From Chrysomallon squamiferum (taxonomy: Eukaryota > Animalia > Mollusca): a stretch of DNA of 64,000 nucleotides. The notes below the pieces were generated by a model that ran no database searches, was not told the DNA's origin, and saw only the letters and a program-made list of their open reading frames with translations. The stretch is taken from the NCBI GenBank assembly GCA_012295275.1, contig CM022672.1, forward strand, positions 4,712,001 through 4,776,000, read 5' to 3'. Shown here one piece after another: positions 1 through 14,756 of the stretch. The translations under genes were made by a program, and so were the position numbers. Each line of letters opens with the position of its first letter. The stretch's first letter is position 1.

Positions 1-1059
1 TGATACAAAGCTCTTACGAAATATAATAAATTACCTTAAATGTAATTTTTTTTAAATAAAAATAAAATAAAGAGAAAAAAAAGAAAGAAAAAAGCAACAG
101 CCCAAATGAAATACAAAATTGGCTCTAAATATTTAATAATGTAATAATTTTTCCTGAAATGCAAATAACATTTTATAAAACGCAATTACATAGTAATTTA
201 TTATAATTATAATGTTGTTTAGAAAATGCAGTGAAACATTTCGAAAAGTGATGACTCGTTTCAATCTAATGAGTAAACCTAATGTAATTATTAGGCAGGG
301 TTGTCTATTCACTGTTTAGTGTTAACGTTGGGGTATAAAGGGTCCTAGGATCAACACTCGTCGTAGACTGCAATAGGTGTTTTTCTTTCTATGACCTGGT
401 ACATACAACATATATTTTCCTGCTAATAAAGAATATTTAACTATTTGAGAATTACTATGTATCTAGCTGCTGAATTATAAAATAATAATGAAACATCTCA
501 TATATTCTGCTACAATAGCTTTGGATGTAAAAATAAATAAAATATATATTAAAACGTCCTCTTATGGTCTACTTAAACAAATGCTTACATTTAATACCCG
601 ATGACAGAAAATTAACAAATATCTGTGTGATGTCAATAAGCGTGAAAAAAAAAAAAAAAAAAAAAAAACTCAAATTATAATCTTTAAACAAATTTTTATT
701 GTCGGACGTTTTAGCAGTGCAAACGTAAATTATTTCTGAAAATACCCAGTAAACGTTGAATGATTGAATGTTTAACAAAGATGAACATTTTCTTTGTCCT
801 GTGGGAACCTAGGCTTGAACGTAACATTAACGTTGCTATTACACTTTACAACTATAAAAAAATCTCCTGTTTTTTTTTTTTTTTTTTTTCTTACCATGAA
901 TATCATGAGAAGACTTTATAAAACCGATACCTTACAAACATGAAAATATAAAGGAGAAATGTTTGGGTTGGCCCCCCCCCCACCCCTCAGTCCGCCTCTA
1001 CTGGACACACCCAGTGCGCGCCTGAGATCAAAGACATCACAAAGTCAGTATCACCCATA

Positions 1060-1200
1060 ACGTTAAATATATTAGAAGACATTTGTAACGGTAAATACAT
1101 CTTTAAAGGTAAATACATTATAAGACTGTTTTAAAGGTTAATTCTTTATAAGACAGTTTTAAAAGGTAAATACATTAAGAACATTTGTAAGGGTAAATAT
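1060..1200. repeat. Degenerate ~28-30 bp minisatellite (about 5 copies)
   Basis: Recurring aagac(a/t)...t(t/g)taaaggtaaatacatt units. Confidence 0.55.
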
Positions 1201-1363
1201 CGCAACACGCGCTCTCCGCTAAGTGCAGTACTTAGGTCAGACATTCAGTAATGTAAAAACATCGAGGAACAAAATAAAATAAAAAGTTTGCAGAATTCGT
1301 TGTAAAACAGAAATTGAGATAGTTTCATGTTTTCCAAACTGAGGTCTAATTTAGTTCTGCGAT

Positions 1364-1414
<51 letters not shown>

Positions 1415-3051
1415 TTGTTGTTGTTGTTGTTCTTATTATCATCAACATCGTCGTCATCATCGTTGTTGTCATCATCATTATCTTCTCTTTTTTTATCGTT
1501 ACATTATCAACTATTCATTTATTTAATTTTATTTATAAACAAACAAAACGTGATGTGTTAGTGGAGACTATAGCCGGCTTTAGATTGTCAGCACAGTGAT
1601 TTCCATATTCGATTTTCTTTGTCCATGCACGAATCTGCACTGATGAAGGTTTCACGTTATACAAGTAATCTTCGACTCTCGCAAATCCAGAAGACTAAAT
1701 ATTGGTTGACATCAAAGTCGTAATAACTGCATTAATCATTGTTATTTATCACGGTTAGGCTGAATGTCTGAGAGAGATCTTGCTTGCTTAATTTTCAAAT
1801 AAAGGAGATATGTTAGACTGAGTCCTATTTTCCATTTTGGGTTATTTATTTTTGTTTATTTTTTTGTTTATTTTTTATTTTTTTACTGTTTTATTATATG
1901 TTTTTGTTCTTTTAATATGATAGAAGCGATTGTGCGTATATTGTGCGTAAATGTGTGTGTTTGTCTGGACGTTAATGGAAGAGGGATTTGCTTTGTTTCC
2001 GAACTTTATTAATAATAACACGCACACATACACACATTAAAAGTGTGAATCAAAATTACGTTTTTAATTATTTTTCTTTTTTCTTTTAAATATATTCATA
2101 TACCTATAAGGACACACACACACATACATACATACATACATACATTTGATAAAAGGAACAATAGTTTCTGTTAAATACAATAATATTTTCATCGCTAAAT
2201 GTTCGTTACTGATTCATTGACACAGGATGTATTTCACATTTATATTTATTTCATTTACTTATGTGCTGTGTTAAAGTCATTAGTTTCATATTTCATCGAT
2301 TTTTAAAAAACACCAAAAATAATTTAAAAAAACCCATTTAAATCTCCAAAATCCCAAAACCTTTGTAAAATCTTGGGTTGTGTTATAATTGAGGTTTTTC
2401 AATGTCGTCCACTGGTTACAGCTTTGGACTGATCTCTGACTGAAAGCTGAATCAAAGTCCTGTCGTGTACTTGCAGTCTTGGCTTACTTGCTTTGATAAC
2501 TCGTCGAAGTTTCAAATTACAAGCTGTTCACAAATACTGTTTCTGTCGATCCGTATTTCACACTTAAAGCGACAAAACAGAGGTATTTTTAAAACAGAGT
2601 TATTTTTAAGACGTTCAAACCATGATCTTCCCATTGACACGAACAGAATCGAGTAAGTCAGTTTTGCAACAATTACAAAATCGGGGATTAGTATAATTAT
2701 ATATTTACCAGTATGTATCGTACGAACGAAAAAAAAAAAAAAAATAATAATCAGTAAATAAAAAAAAAACAAAAAAAAATCGTTACTTACAGACTTTTTG
2801 ACAGTCTAATCCAAAGTGTATTTAACATATATTTTTTAATGTCTTAACTGTAAAAGACTTGTGTACTTAGAAAACTTGTATATTTTGTAGTTAACGATGA
2901 ATTTTTGTAAAATTCTTTTGCTGATGTTATATGTATTTCTTTTATATGCACATTATCGTATACTCACTATCTTGTTATAGTTACAGGTAAGGTATTTCTA
3001 TGTAAATATCCTCATATGCTACAGACCACGGCCTGAGTGTAATACAGTTCA

Positions 3052-3092
3052 GTTCAGTTTTAGCTCAATGGTTAGACCATCATCCACTGAAT
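3052..3092 (+). mobile_element. tRNA-derived SINE head remnant (A-box only)
   Basis: TAGCTCAATGGTTAGA resembles a tRNA D-arm/A-box. No B-box or acceptor stem follows. Confidence 0.3.
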
Positions 3093-5629
3093 TTAACGAA
3101 ACGTTTTTGGCCCCTGGCTAGAAATGGGTGGACAAAAATTGAGACGATTTGAACATGTGAGCCAAAGCTTCCCTCGCGATTTCTGAACATCTGCATTCAC
3201 CAGATTGTTAACCAGTCCATACTTCAAGTCTGTGAAACCACAAACTGGGAATAACATTAAAAGCAGCGCTTTCATCTCTTTAATGAACTCGGCATATTTC
3301 TCGAGGTTATTTGATTTTCAGTGCTTACAGAAGAAGAAAAAACGTCGAATAACGTGCAAGAAGTAGTAAAGGTATCACGGAATCAGGACGCGTGCCATCA
3401 TAAAGTCTTTTTTGTTGTCGTTATATGAAATAATAATATTTCGATTCGCAGCATTTCTGATCCCCTTAGTTGATATATTGATATTAGGGCATTATTTTAA
3501 TATAAATAAATAAATAAATAAATAGAATAGAATAGAAAAAAAAAATGAAAAAGCAAAATAAAACAAATCAAAACGAAAAAAAAAGGGAATTAGGAAAGGA
3601 GAAAGAAAAATGATCAAGGAATTAGGAAGAATAAAGAAAAAGAGAAAGAAGGAAATTTAAACAAAATATTAATACTAACAAAAAAAACCCCCAAACAAAC
3701 AAACACAAAAAAAAAAACCCCTCCAATAATTACAACAAGAAAATGAAGTAGAACAACAGCAACAGCAAAAACAGCAACAACAATAAGACAAACAACCGCA
3801 ACAAGAGTAACAGAATGTGTGATGAATTTTGAACGCCTTACAACATTGAGAGAGAAAAGTACTGCGGAATTTTCATGGACGGCTGATCCACTCAAACGTT
3901 CCTGTGGGAGATATGACGATTATATTCTCAATATATTCTACATTCTTCCAAGTTACGCTTTTTTCTTCTTCTTTTTTTTTTTTTTTTTTTTATTCCTGCC
4001 ATCCAGTCTTAATTAATTAACGAAATACGTCAACGACAAAAATTCAGTTTGGCGTAGTCATAACGTCATCACGTAAAGATGTGAAATAACAGCATTCATA
4101 TGTTGTTGATTTTTTGTTGTTGTTTTTTTGACGTTATTTTATCATTGTGTCATTCTTTATTATGAATTATGATAGATATCCCTGTCCACTCCAAAAAAAA
4201 AAAAAATAATAATAATAAAATAAAAAAAAAAAAAAAAAAAATCAGAAAGGAGAGATATATAATGACATGGAAGCTTAACGAAAATGCTTTACTCGTGCAA
4301 ATATTTCCTGGAATCTTTAGTACGAGAGACTGGTGTGTAGTATTGGGTTTGTATGAACAGAGAGCGATGTCTATCGATCCCACGTCGCCGCTGTAGGAAT
4401 GCTGTTATTAAAAAAGCATATCAAACGAGGTAGACACGGGGAAGTGTGCGTGACACAAAGTTATTATTTGCGTTATTATTAATTTTCCAGGTCAGACGGA
4501 GATCTCAGATTAGCTCGCTGAAAAACAACTTTACAAAAGAAAATTCAAATATTTTGTTTTGCTTGTTTTGTTTTTTTATTCACTTATTTATGGTTATTAT
4601 TATTATTATTAATATTGTTATTAGTAGTAGTAATGGCAATAGTAATAGTAGTAGTAGTAGTTGTAGTAGTAGTAATTGAAGAAATAGTAGCACTAGTAGT
4701 TGTTGTAATAGTAGCTGCAGTAGTAGTAGTGGTTCAAGTAAATGTCGTAGCTGCAACAGTAGTAGTTGTAGTAGTATTGGCAGTAGTAGTAGTTGATATG
4801 TTTTCGTTGGTGGAATTATAACTGTTTGTATCGTTTTTATTTATTTGTCATCACGTCAGATCTTTCTCAGTTCTTAGTTTTGGCTGTTTCCCGTTCTAAC
4901 CGTTATCTTACGACTGGTTTGTCAAATTCAAGAACATGGTTATATGTGTTTTTCTGTTTATGGAAAGGTACATTGAAAACATCTCTGGCTGTTGTTTGAA
5001 AAAAAAATCAGCTCATTAGATAGTCACAGCAGGTTTTTTCTTTAGTTATCATCGTGATAATTAACCACAGAAATAACTTCTTATTACTACAGATGAATAA
5101 AGATGTTTGGAGTAGGTCTTTAAATTAAACATTTTTCGTTTCCTTATAAACTAAAGAAGCTGCTGCATGTAGCCTTGCAGTCAAAAATGGGTGACAATTA
5201 ATTGTTGTCTTTCCTTAATTCTTGCCTTAAAGACGTCTGTAACTCCTGCCAACTAAAGTTGAGCAATGTCGAGGTCCAGTCGTATTTGTAGAAGTCAAGG
5301 ATACTCTTAGAAATCTCACTGCTTGTTATTTCCTTCTTACACCAGTACGTTCAAAGCAGCTCGACTTTGCAATTTCCCTTCATCACAAATACACCTGATT
5401 GTCCCTTCCTGGTGAAAATGTATCAAAAGCTCCGACAGTCCTTGTTTGTATGTAATTATCTCCAGGTTGTCTGGAATTCTTGTGTTTGCATTTCGCCTCC
5501 AGAATAACGTGTTGTTTACTTTGCGGAGAGAAGCGTCGTGAACGCCGTTGTTGCATGTTGCCGTCTGACAAAGCATCGTGAATGCCTTTGTTAGGTTACC
5601 CAATGCTGAACAGTCTTAAATGCTTGTGA

Positions 5630-7420
5630 TTACATTTTGACGTGCGTCTAAATGCAGTGAATGCTTGTTGTTGCATTTTGACGTATGCCTATGTGCAGTG
5701 AATGCTTGTTATTGCATTTTGACGTATGCCTATGTGCAATGAATGCTTGTTGTTGCATTTTAACGTATGCCAAAGTGCAATGAATGCTTGTTGTTGCATT
5801 TTAACGTATGCCTAAGTGCAATGAATGCTTGTTGTTGCATTTTAACGTATGCCTATGTGCAATGAATGCTTTTGCAATGAATGCTTGTTGTTGCATTTTG
5901 ACGTATGCTTATGTGCAATGAATGCTTGTTGTTGCATTTTGACGTATGCCTATGTGCAATGAATGCTTGTTGTTGCATTTTGACGTATGCCTATGTGCAA
6001 TGAATGCTTGTTGTTGCATTTTGACGTATGCCTAAGTACAATGAATGCTTGTTGTTGCATTTTGACGTATGCCTAGGTGCAATGAATGCTTTTGCAATGA
6101 ATGCTTGTTGTTGCATTTTGACGTATGCCTATGTGCAATGAATGCTTGTTGTTGCATTTTAACGTATGCCTATGTGCAATGAATGCTTGTTGTTGCATTT
6201 TAACGTATGCCTATGTGCAATGAATGCTTTTGCAATGAATGCTTGTTGTTGCATTTTGACGTATGCCTATGTGCAATGAATGCTTGTTGTTGCATTTTGA
6301 CGTATGCCTATGTGCAATGAAACTTGTTGTTGCATTTTGACGTATGCAATGAATGCTTGTTGTTGCATTTTGACGTATGCCTATGTGCAATGAATGCTTG
6401 TTGTTGCATTTTGACGTATGCCTATGTGCAATGAATGCTTGTTGTTGCATTTTGACGTATGCCTATGTGCAATGAATGCTTGTTGTTGCATTTTGACGTA
6501 TGCCTATGTGCAATGAATGCTTGTTGTTGTATTTTAACGTATGCCTATGTGCAATGAATGCTTTTGCAATGAATGCTTGTTGTTGCATTTTGACGTATGC
6601 CTATGTGCAATGAATGCTTGTTGTTGCATTTTGACGTATGCCTATGTGCAATGAATGCTTGTTGTTGCATTTTAACGTATGCCTATGTGCAATGAATGCT
6701 TTTGCAATGAATGCTTGTTGTTGCATTTTGACGTATGCCTATGTGCAATGAATGCTTGTTGTTGCATTTTGACGTATGCCTATGTGCAATGAATGCTTGT
6801 TGTTGCATTTTTATGCCTATGTGCAATGAATGCTTTTGCAATGAATGCTTGTTGTTGCATTTTGACGTATGCCTATGTGCAATGAATGCTTGTTGTTGCA
6901 TTTTGACGTATGCCTATGTGCAATGAATGCTTGTTGTTGCATTTTGACAATGTGCAATGAATGCTTGTTGTTGCATTTTGACGTATTGCAATGAATGCTT
7001 GTTGTTGCATTTTGACGTATGCCTATGTGCAATGAATGCTTTTGCAATGAATGCTTATTGTTGCATTTTGACGTATGCCTATGTGCAATGAATGCTTGTT
7101 GTTGCATTTTGACGTATGCCTATGTGCAATGAATGCTTGTTGTTGCATTTTAACGTATGCCTATGTGCAATGAATGCTTTTGCAATGAATGCTTGTTGTT
7201 GCAATTTGACGTATGCCTATGTGGAATGAAAGCTTGTGCAATGAATGCTTGTTGTTGCAATTTGACGTATGCCTATGTGCAATGAATGCTTGTGCAATGA
7301 ATGCTTGTTGTTGCAATTTGACGTATGCCTATGTGGAATGAAAGCTTGTGCAATGAATGCTTGTTGTTGCATTTTAACATATGCCTGAGTGCAATGAATG
7401 CTTGTTACTGCATTTTGCCG
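5630..7420. repeat. 41-bp tandem satellite, roughly 40 units, with recurrent 15-bp sub-duplications
   Basis: Unit TGCAATGAATGCTTGTTGTTGCATTTTGACGTATGCCTATG; period 41 (aatgcttgtt at 5701 and 5742). Degenerate copies on both flanks. Confidence 0.97.
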
Positions 7421-8059
7421 TTACGCCAAAGCGTTGTTAATCATTTTGTGTCCACAGACCAAAACGTTAAAACGACTGAATGATTTGTGTTGACGTGTGC
7501 CGAAGCATGTTGTAGCGGTAATGGTTAATTCTGCTAAATCAGCATCTGACTGGAACCAGTGGCGATCAAACACCAGCTATGATCATATTTCTAAGTTAGA
7601 TGACACAGGATTTTTGTTAATACAAGGAAACTCGTTAGCAAATGCGTCCATTTACAATTAGTTTCGACCCAGGTGAAGACCTTGAATGGTTTATAGTGCT
7701 GAAACAACAAAGAGAAAGGTATACGGGTGTTATGGCACTGAAAGAATAATTACTATCGGAAGTGATGATAACATCACAAACAGGAACACCCGTGTATAGG
7801 CCAAATATAGGGCCTCACCGCGGTTGATGTTGAGGATAGTCATGTTGTTATTATTGTTTTTGTTGTTTTCACTGCTATACCATTAATGATGTTAATACTT
7901 CTCCTAAAAACTGATGGATGAATAGACAGACTGACGTAAAGTTAGACCTACTGATAGAAATATATATAAACAGATATACAAATAAATAGACAGATATAAA
8001 GAAAGAACGATAGATATATAGACATACAGACAGACAGACAGATACACATGGTGACAATT

Positions 8060-8342
8060 TACATAAATACATACATAGACACAAACATACATACACATAC
8101 ATACATACATACATACATACATACGTACATACATACATGCATACACACATACATACATACATACATACATACATACACACACACACATACATACACACAA
8201 TACATACACACACATACATACATACATACATACACATACATACACACACATACATACATACATACATACATACATACATACATACATACATACATACATA
8301 CATACATACATACATACATACATACATACATACATACATACA
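8060..8342. repeat. (ACAT)n/(AC)n microsatellite
   Basis: Seen directly; source of the MYVC/HTYI ORFs. Confidence 0.97.
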
Positions 8343-9209
8343 CAAAACGAAAAAAGAAACAAACAAAACCGAAAACGTGCACAGGCAGCACAAAAAAAAT
8401 CTGCTTCGGATTAAAAAGAAGTTGACGAGAATTATGTTCTTAATTAAGTAAGAACGGACGCGGAAGTCAATAAAGTCGATAGAATCAAGTGATGAGACTT
8501 GTGTTTTCTTCCTGGTTTTATCTCGTCTCTGAGTGTTTTGTTTTGTGCTGACTGATTCAGACAGCACCAAATGTTACATCCGCAGAATCTGCTTGATTTT
8601 GCATCCCTGTACAGTGAACAGCGTCAGTGATGTTGTTATTGTCGTTTTTTTCTTTCTTTGAATGTCTTTTGTATGTACTGATGTAGGAATATATATGTGT
8701 GTTTAATATAATGCTGAAAAATACAAAAGGTGGAGATTTTTTGATCATTTTGTTTCGTTCTGAGGTTTTGTCCTCCAGCCGCGTCTGTGCAGGTTTATGA
8801 AATTAATCTGTGTACTCGAATGAAAGAAAGTCTTCATTTATTCATCACTAATAAGCCAACTGAAATTAAAAGAGCTGAGACAGATGTCACGAGTCCTTTC
8901 TTCGACATTTTTTATTAAATATCTGAGGAAGAAAATGCTTCGTTATGTCGTCGAGAAAAACAATGTGTGCTAGCTGGTTTTGTTTACTTGTCAACCATGT
9001 TTTTATTTATTTTTTCTGCAGTTATGACCCATCAGTTATATTTAAGAAAACAAAAGGAAAAAAGCGAATCAGCGTTATAGAGTGTTAAGTCAGTGTTTTT
9101 ATGTGACTATATGGAAATGGGGTGGGAGGAAGAAACAGCAGAAGGGTCTGGAAGGAGGCTGGGGGACAGAGAGACAGTGACACACATAGGGACATAGACA
9201 AGCACAGAT

Positions 9210-9212
<3 letters not shown>

Positions 9213-9296
<84 letters not shown>
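9213..9296. repeat. (GA)n microsatellite
   Basis: Seen directly. Confidence 0.97.
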
Positions 9297-9299
<3 letters not shown>

Positions 9300-10318
9300 C
9301 CAGACAAACAGTTAAAGGCAGAAACAAAAGAGACATAAAAACAGATGTAAAATCGTAAATGAAATATAACGTTATTAATGCAAGAGACATTATCGCAGAT
9401 TAAATGACCTAACACCAGTAATTTCCACATCAGTTATTTACAGTTATTATAAAAAACAAAACATTTGTTTGCTCGGTCATCAGTCATAGCCACTGACAAC
9501 GTGCTCTCTTTACCCCTTCAGTAATAATGATGTATCAGCTACAACGACGACGACTGGGTAAACAGAATTTTAACAGGAACTGATCGATTTTTCTGTTTAA
9601 AACACAACTCTTTTAATTTGAATAATAGCTTTTGTGTTTTTTTTCTCTTCAGAACATGCTGAAGTATTCATTTCATTTTGTAAACACACACCCACACGCA
9701 CACACATACACACACATATTTGTATGCCTGTACATATTTGTACATTTTTGTGTATGTATGTTTTATGTTTGTTTGTATGTTACTGTATGTAAGGGTGCAT
9801 GATTGCATCAGTGTACATGTAAATCGCATATATTTTCATATATGTATGTATAATTATGGTGTATTTGAACGTGTAATTACATATATACAAACAAAAACAC
9901 ATTAGTACAAAGAATATTATTTATAACCTCTCTGTTTGTTCTAGAATATCACTCACTGTTTATTTTATTTCCAAGCCGTAAACGCTGCCGTCACATTCAC
10001 CGCAAATTGCTGTTTTGTGTTCTTCTAACCGACCTTTGACCTTGACAGTCGACATTTTGCCCCTAGCAGTTAGACACAAAGTAACTGTATTAGGGGAGGT
10101 AATTAGGGAAAGTAATGACATTGACGTCTGACAGCAGAATCTTGTGAGCTGACTTCAAGTGAAAAACACGAGCGGTTTGTCTGTTTGTCCGAACATAAAC
10201 TTTTCAGAAATCTTTTAGTTTTTTTTCCAAGATGTGAAATAGGCTTACAGAGGAACACATTACTTTAGCAAAATATCAGAATGCCTGTTGTCTCTATATG
10301 TGCCTGCGTATATTAAAT

Positions 10319-10319
<1 letters not shown>

Positions 10320-10402
<83 letters not shown>
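10320..10402. repeat. (GT)n microsatellite
   Basis: Seen directly. Confidence 0.97.
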
Positions 10403-10404
<2 letters not shown>

Positions 10405-10736
10405 CTGGGTGGTTGTACAGTATTACCCATTAGGTAGTTTAAGTATTTTCAGATTATCTACACCACACTGAAAATGAAACAGGCTAAGTTCCGATCTAAT
10501 GTTAACTCCGGTAATTATGAGTAGTGCAGTTTTTGCTGCTGTTGTCGAACGCTGATATTTAACATAAAACTACGGTGTTACGTTGTCATCTACTCTGCTA
10601 TCATCTCATGCAATGACATTCGTGGGTTCTTGCAGTGTGTCACTATGGTTTTCGCTGTCTGAATGTTAGAAATGTTAATTTTATATGTTTGTCGTCCAGC
10701 CACATTTTATGCTGTGGTTAAAACCACCGGTTCTCA

Positions 10737-10807
<71 letters not shown>

Positions 10808-11549
10808 TCTACTCTTTATCTGCCTGTTATAGGTTTTTGAGAATTTTAATTTACTGTTTTAGAAAAGAACATGACAAACTATAATAATTTCAATCCGGTG
10901 TCGGATCTGGAAAAAGATGAATGGGCTACACCTTTATTTTGTCGATTTCATTTACATTGTGACATTAACTTGATTATGACGTAAAAAAAAAAAATAATAA
11001 TAAAATAAAATAAAATAAAATAAAATAAAAATAAAATAAAATAAAACGGGTGTATAGCTAGTCGTGGTTTAATGTTAACCTCTAGACTACAACACGCGAC
11101 ATTTACACACTCGTTTGGCCTATGCGGCGTATTTCAGATGCGGAAACATTGCCTCTCTGAAACAAGAAGACGCTATACCTCCAGTAATTAACTTTTATGG
11201 TTTGATAATTAACTTTCAGCTTTTAAAACAAGAAGGAAGTATCATTCCTCATAAAGATTCTATTTTCAGAAATTGAGTCGTAGTGTATTTTATTACCTTC
11301 TTCTTTCCAGTTTCAGACTCTTAAAACCTCATTTAAAAAAATGTTGAACTTTTCCCCTTCGTTCTACATCCTCATACAAATTATTAATTGGCTAAAAAGT
11401 ACGTTTTAATTTTTGTTTTTGTAAATTTTCCTTTATATATATATATAAAGTAAAATTTAAAAAAATATATATATGTATGTATGTATGTATGTATTATTAT
11501 GTGTGTATATATGTATGTATGTATTTGTTTCATATAACTTTTAATTTCT

Positions 11550-11588
<39 letters not shown>

Positions 11589-12301
11589 TTTTCTCTCAGT
11601 CATCTTAAAATCTCCAGAATTTTTTCTAAAATTCTAATTGCCGTCATCATTTTCAAAAAATAAAATAAAAAACTTCTCGCCAGTATCAAATTTCTAGTAG
11701 CCTCGTTGTCTGACATCTTGTGATTTCTTTCTCAACGAATGTCAGTTTTAAATTCAGTCCGTTTTGATGCATAGACGCTTTTCATTATCGTCCAGTTCTA
11801 AAATGAAACGTGGAATTCTCGATTTAAATCATATCGCTTAATAACCTTATCCACCATGAATGTAGCAACTTGAATCAGTCTGAATATTTATTTTACTTTT
11901 ATTTATTTGTTATAATTATTGTTGTTGTTGTTGTCGTTTTTGTTGTCGTTGTTGTTGTTGTCGTCGTTGTTTGTTTGTTATTGTTGATGTTTTCTGTTGG
12001 TGATCTTGTTATTTTATTGTCTATTTGTCTCTCTCTGTCTGATATCTACTTATCATCTCTATATCTAAACCTTTCTATAAATCTATCTGTCTATCTGAAT
12101 ATCTATGTCACTCTTTCTCCATTTCATTTGTCTCTGGGGGGTGTCCATCTGCCTCACACTATAACCAAATCTATTTATCGGTCTGTCTGTATTAATATCT
12201 ATCTGTTTCTCTGTCTGTCAGTCTATGTATTTATCTCTATATCTATATTTTTTTTCAATTTATCGATCTATCTCTCTATCTTACGTTCTTTCATTCTCTC
12301 C

Positions 12302-12304
<3 letters not shown>

Positions 12305-12382
<78 letters not shown>
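12305..12382. repeat. (CT)n microsatellite
   Basis: Seen directly. Confidence 0.97.
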
Positions 12383-12386
<4 letters not shown>

Positions 12387-13132
12387 TCTCTTTTTTTTAA
12401 TTATTCAAGAAAGTGTTGTTTTTGTGGTTTTTAATTTTGAAATGTTTTGTACGCTGCGGGATATGGAAGTTTGTCACCTCAGTCTTGGCAATAGGTTTAC
12501 ATTACGAAAACTTCATCTAACTTTGCCTGAGGGGGATAAATAAAAATTTCTATCTCGAGGCTCATGAAATACTCCGTAGTTAAAAGCAAACAGGAAAACT
12601 GGAATTATTCTTGCATTTGATCCAGACTGGTCAATAATGCACCATCGCCGCAAACTGGACACAAATGTATGCGGAATTAGAGTTTATTATATTCGATATT
12701 TTCCATTCGGTGCCCAGAAATGCTAAACAAAATATGTTACCTTGAGTTAACAAGCTTTTGGCGAGGTTACATAATGTAATATGCAGTCAACAGAACTGGA
12801 GTTGACGGTGTGTATTGATTCCTAAGCCTTTTATTTTTCTCTCCTGTAAGACAGATTTGTAAATCAATGTCATGGAAGCTGCTGAACTATATACATATCT
12901 ATGACATGGCCAGGACCACGATGACAACATAACACTGACGCAAGTCGTATTAAAGCTCAAGGAAGCAGTGATTACATTAGCAGTGTGAATCGCGCAGTCA
13001 TTAAGCCATAGGTCACAGAGTTAGCTTTAGCAAAGCAGGTTAAATCCTGTACAGGATTGAAAAAAACAAAACAAACAACTACTATACAACAACCGTTCTC
13101 TGAAAATAATGCATTAAATCTGCCTGCTGGCT

Positions 13133-13261
<129 letters not shown>

Positions 13262-13408
13262 GTTTGATTCTAACCAGGAACTATTACACGTTTTCATCAT
13301 CAAACAACTGAGCTGTTTTTCGACGTCTTTGATACTGATACTGGCTGAATGTTTTTACCACACTTTACTCTGACCCTGCTCTCTGAAACACCGAAAGCGA
13401 AATGTTCA

Positions 13409-13421
13409 CAGCGCCCTCTGG
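13409..13421 (-). promoter_or_regulatory. Candidate CTCF site
   Basis: CAGCGCCCTCTGG (rc CCAGAGGGCGCTG) matches the CTCF core; isolated GC-rich word in AT-rich DNA. Confidence 0.4.
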
Positions 13422-13697
13422 AAATAACATTTTCAAGTTATCTTTAATGATTAATTCGCCATCCTCTGACTTCACAGTGGAGCTGCGGGTTCCGTGAAAT
13501 GGGTTAACTAAAGTCCAGTTTTCAATAACTTAGTCTTTACTTGTGCTAGGTTTCAGGATCGATCTCTCTGGGTCCGTCATTTGAAATATTTCCAGTTCTT
13601 AATTTTATGTCAGAAGTAAAATGTGGGAGAAAATGAAATTGTTTATAACACATCCACTGCTGCTAATAGGAATTTGTTATGAATCACTTTGAGTGTG

Positions 13698-13744
<47 letters not shown>

Positions 13745-14545
13745 TGGCCCGTGCTTTCTGAATGTGTACGTCTTATACACAGGGTTTGTATTATTATTAT
13801 TATTATTATTATTAATGTATATTCATATATCTATCACTGTATGCCACATAATAGCTGATGTGAAATAAAATTAATTTACAGCATCGTTGATATTATTATA
13901 GATATTTGTTTATTTATTTATTTATTTATTTGCTTGCTTGTTTGTTTGTTTGTCAGTGTATTTGTCAATTTCTTTGTTTTATTCTTTATTATTTATTTAT
14001 TTACTTATTTTCGTAATATTTATTTATATATTTCAACTAATACATTCAGTTAAGGTATATTAACTGAATCTTTTATATATACTGAGTTTCTGTTATAATA
14101 CCTTAACTCTATATCCAAATTATAAATCTTCGTCATTATTAATAAATTATTACATACATATACATATGTTAAAGAAATGATAATTACAGATGCAGAAATT
14201 TACGTGTAATTTACCTAAAATCAATAAACTATCATGTTCCAGAGTTAATAATGGATGAAGTCTGTCTTCGAGTGCCATTGTCTTGACGCACAAAGAGACA
14301 GAGACAGATGATGATAGCTACATGCTTTTGCTAGATTTATGAATAGATGGGCTCACAAACAGTCACCTACAAAGATGGAATAAAAGAAGAAGAAAACTGT
14401 GGAAAGAAAGAAGAAAAAAAAAAAGTAGAATAGAACAAAAAGGAAAGTTGGATAGATAGATAGATAGTCAAGCAGACAGCAAGACAGTCAGTAAGACAGA
14501 CAGACAGACAGACAGAGGGACAGATATATATAGATCTAAAGATAG

Positions 14546-14576
<31 letters not shown>

Positions 14577-14654
14577 GATAGCAACAGATAGAGACACATA
14601 TATAGATATATAAATATACTGGCAGACAAAAATAATTTTCAGGATTCATTTCAT

Positions 14655-14756
<102 letters not shown>

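Noticed and set aside
3052-3092. tRNA gene
   Set aside because: Only a D-arm-like segment; no T-arm/B-box or cloverleaf.
5341-5415. Possible minus-strand exon (donor GTAAGA at 5340)
   Set aside because: No recognisable protein and no partner exons found.
5630-7420. Satellite as a CRISPR array or repeat-protein gene (MQQQAFIAHRH ORFs)
   Set aside because: No unique spacers, eukaryotic context, no cas genes. The 41-bp unit is not a multiple of 3, so ORFs merely cycle through frames and hit TAG.
7875-8570. 231-aa and overlapping MYVC/HTYI ORFs
   Set aside because: Translation of the (ACAT)n microsatellite.
10029-10041. DR1 nuclear receptor element (CGACCTTTGACCT)
   Set aside because: Single short match with no supporting context; similar words occur in repeats.
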